From a virus: 11,793 bases of DNA. This document shows positions 11,789-11,793 of this stretch, one piece after another; the stretch's first letter is position 1, and every line of letters begins with the position of its first letter. The DNA lies in IMG/VR virus record IMGVR_UViG_3300022205_000042, positions 1-11,793 of that record; one strand, written 5' to 3'. The notes under the pieces were generated by a model. The model did no database searches. It was given only the letters and a program-made list of their open reading frames with translations, and was not told the origin of the DNA. The position numbers and the translations under genes are program-made.

Positions 11789-11793
11789 TTTTA
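11667..11793. repeat. Terminal direct repeat, copy 2 (identical to 1-127)
   Basis: See copy 1; exact 127-nt identity read directly. Confidence 0.95.

Noticed and set aside
1-11793. The unit length (11,666 bp) is nearly the same as Mycoplasma phage P1 (about 11.7 kb, as I recall).
   Set aside because: That phage is described as using protein-primed replication with its own polymerase and no terminase-type packaging module of this kind. Here there is a clear TerL and no polymerase, and ORFs read through without needing TGA=Trp. The size match is a coincidence.

Overview
The window appears to be one complete small head-tail virus (Caudoviricetes-like) genome. It is AT-rich, about mid-30s % GC by eye. 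Bases 1-127 are identical to 11667-11793, so the unique unit is 11,666 bp and the contig closes on itself. Across the junction, the portal stop at 125-127 is followed 2 nt later by the start of the scaffold-like gene (122, equivalent to 11788).

Nearly all coding is on the minus strand, in tightly packed and often ATGA/TAATG-overlapping operons. Read 5'->3' on the minus strand there are three blocks:
- Regulatory or replication-like block: 133-aa DUF669-like protein, 52-aa zinc ribbon, 84-aa wHTH.
- Small-protein block: RHH-like 88 aa, 68 aa, zinc ribbon, ending in the large terminase.
- Morphogenesis block: 44 aa, 119 aa, beta-helix protein, portal, scaffold-like, DUF2190-like, HK97-type major capsid protein, three small proteins, fibre-like protein, LamG-like secreted protein, small membrane protein.

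I could not recognise a polymerase, primase/helicase, integrase, tail tube/tape measure or endolysin.

Two long ORF-poor regions stand out:
- 4726-5391 is much more GC-rich (about 48% by hand count) and packed with perfect hairpins, a 12-bp long-range complement, G/C tracts and 19-bp direct repeats. I read it as a candidate large structured RNA or an origin, of no class I recognise.
- 6193-6872 holds three tandem hairpins, TATA-like boxes and the only plausible plus-strand mini-gene.

A recurring GATAGCAAA motif sits next to TTTATA-type boxes at a fixed distance (about 37-43 nt) from start codons. That looks like archaeal BRE/TATA promoters, so an AT-rich archaeal host is my inference, not a demonstrated fact. 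All protein family calls come from motif recognition by eye; no searches were run.
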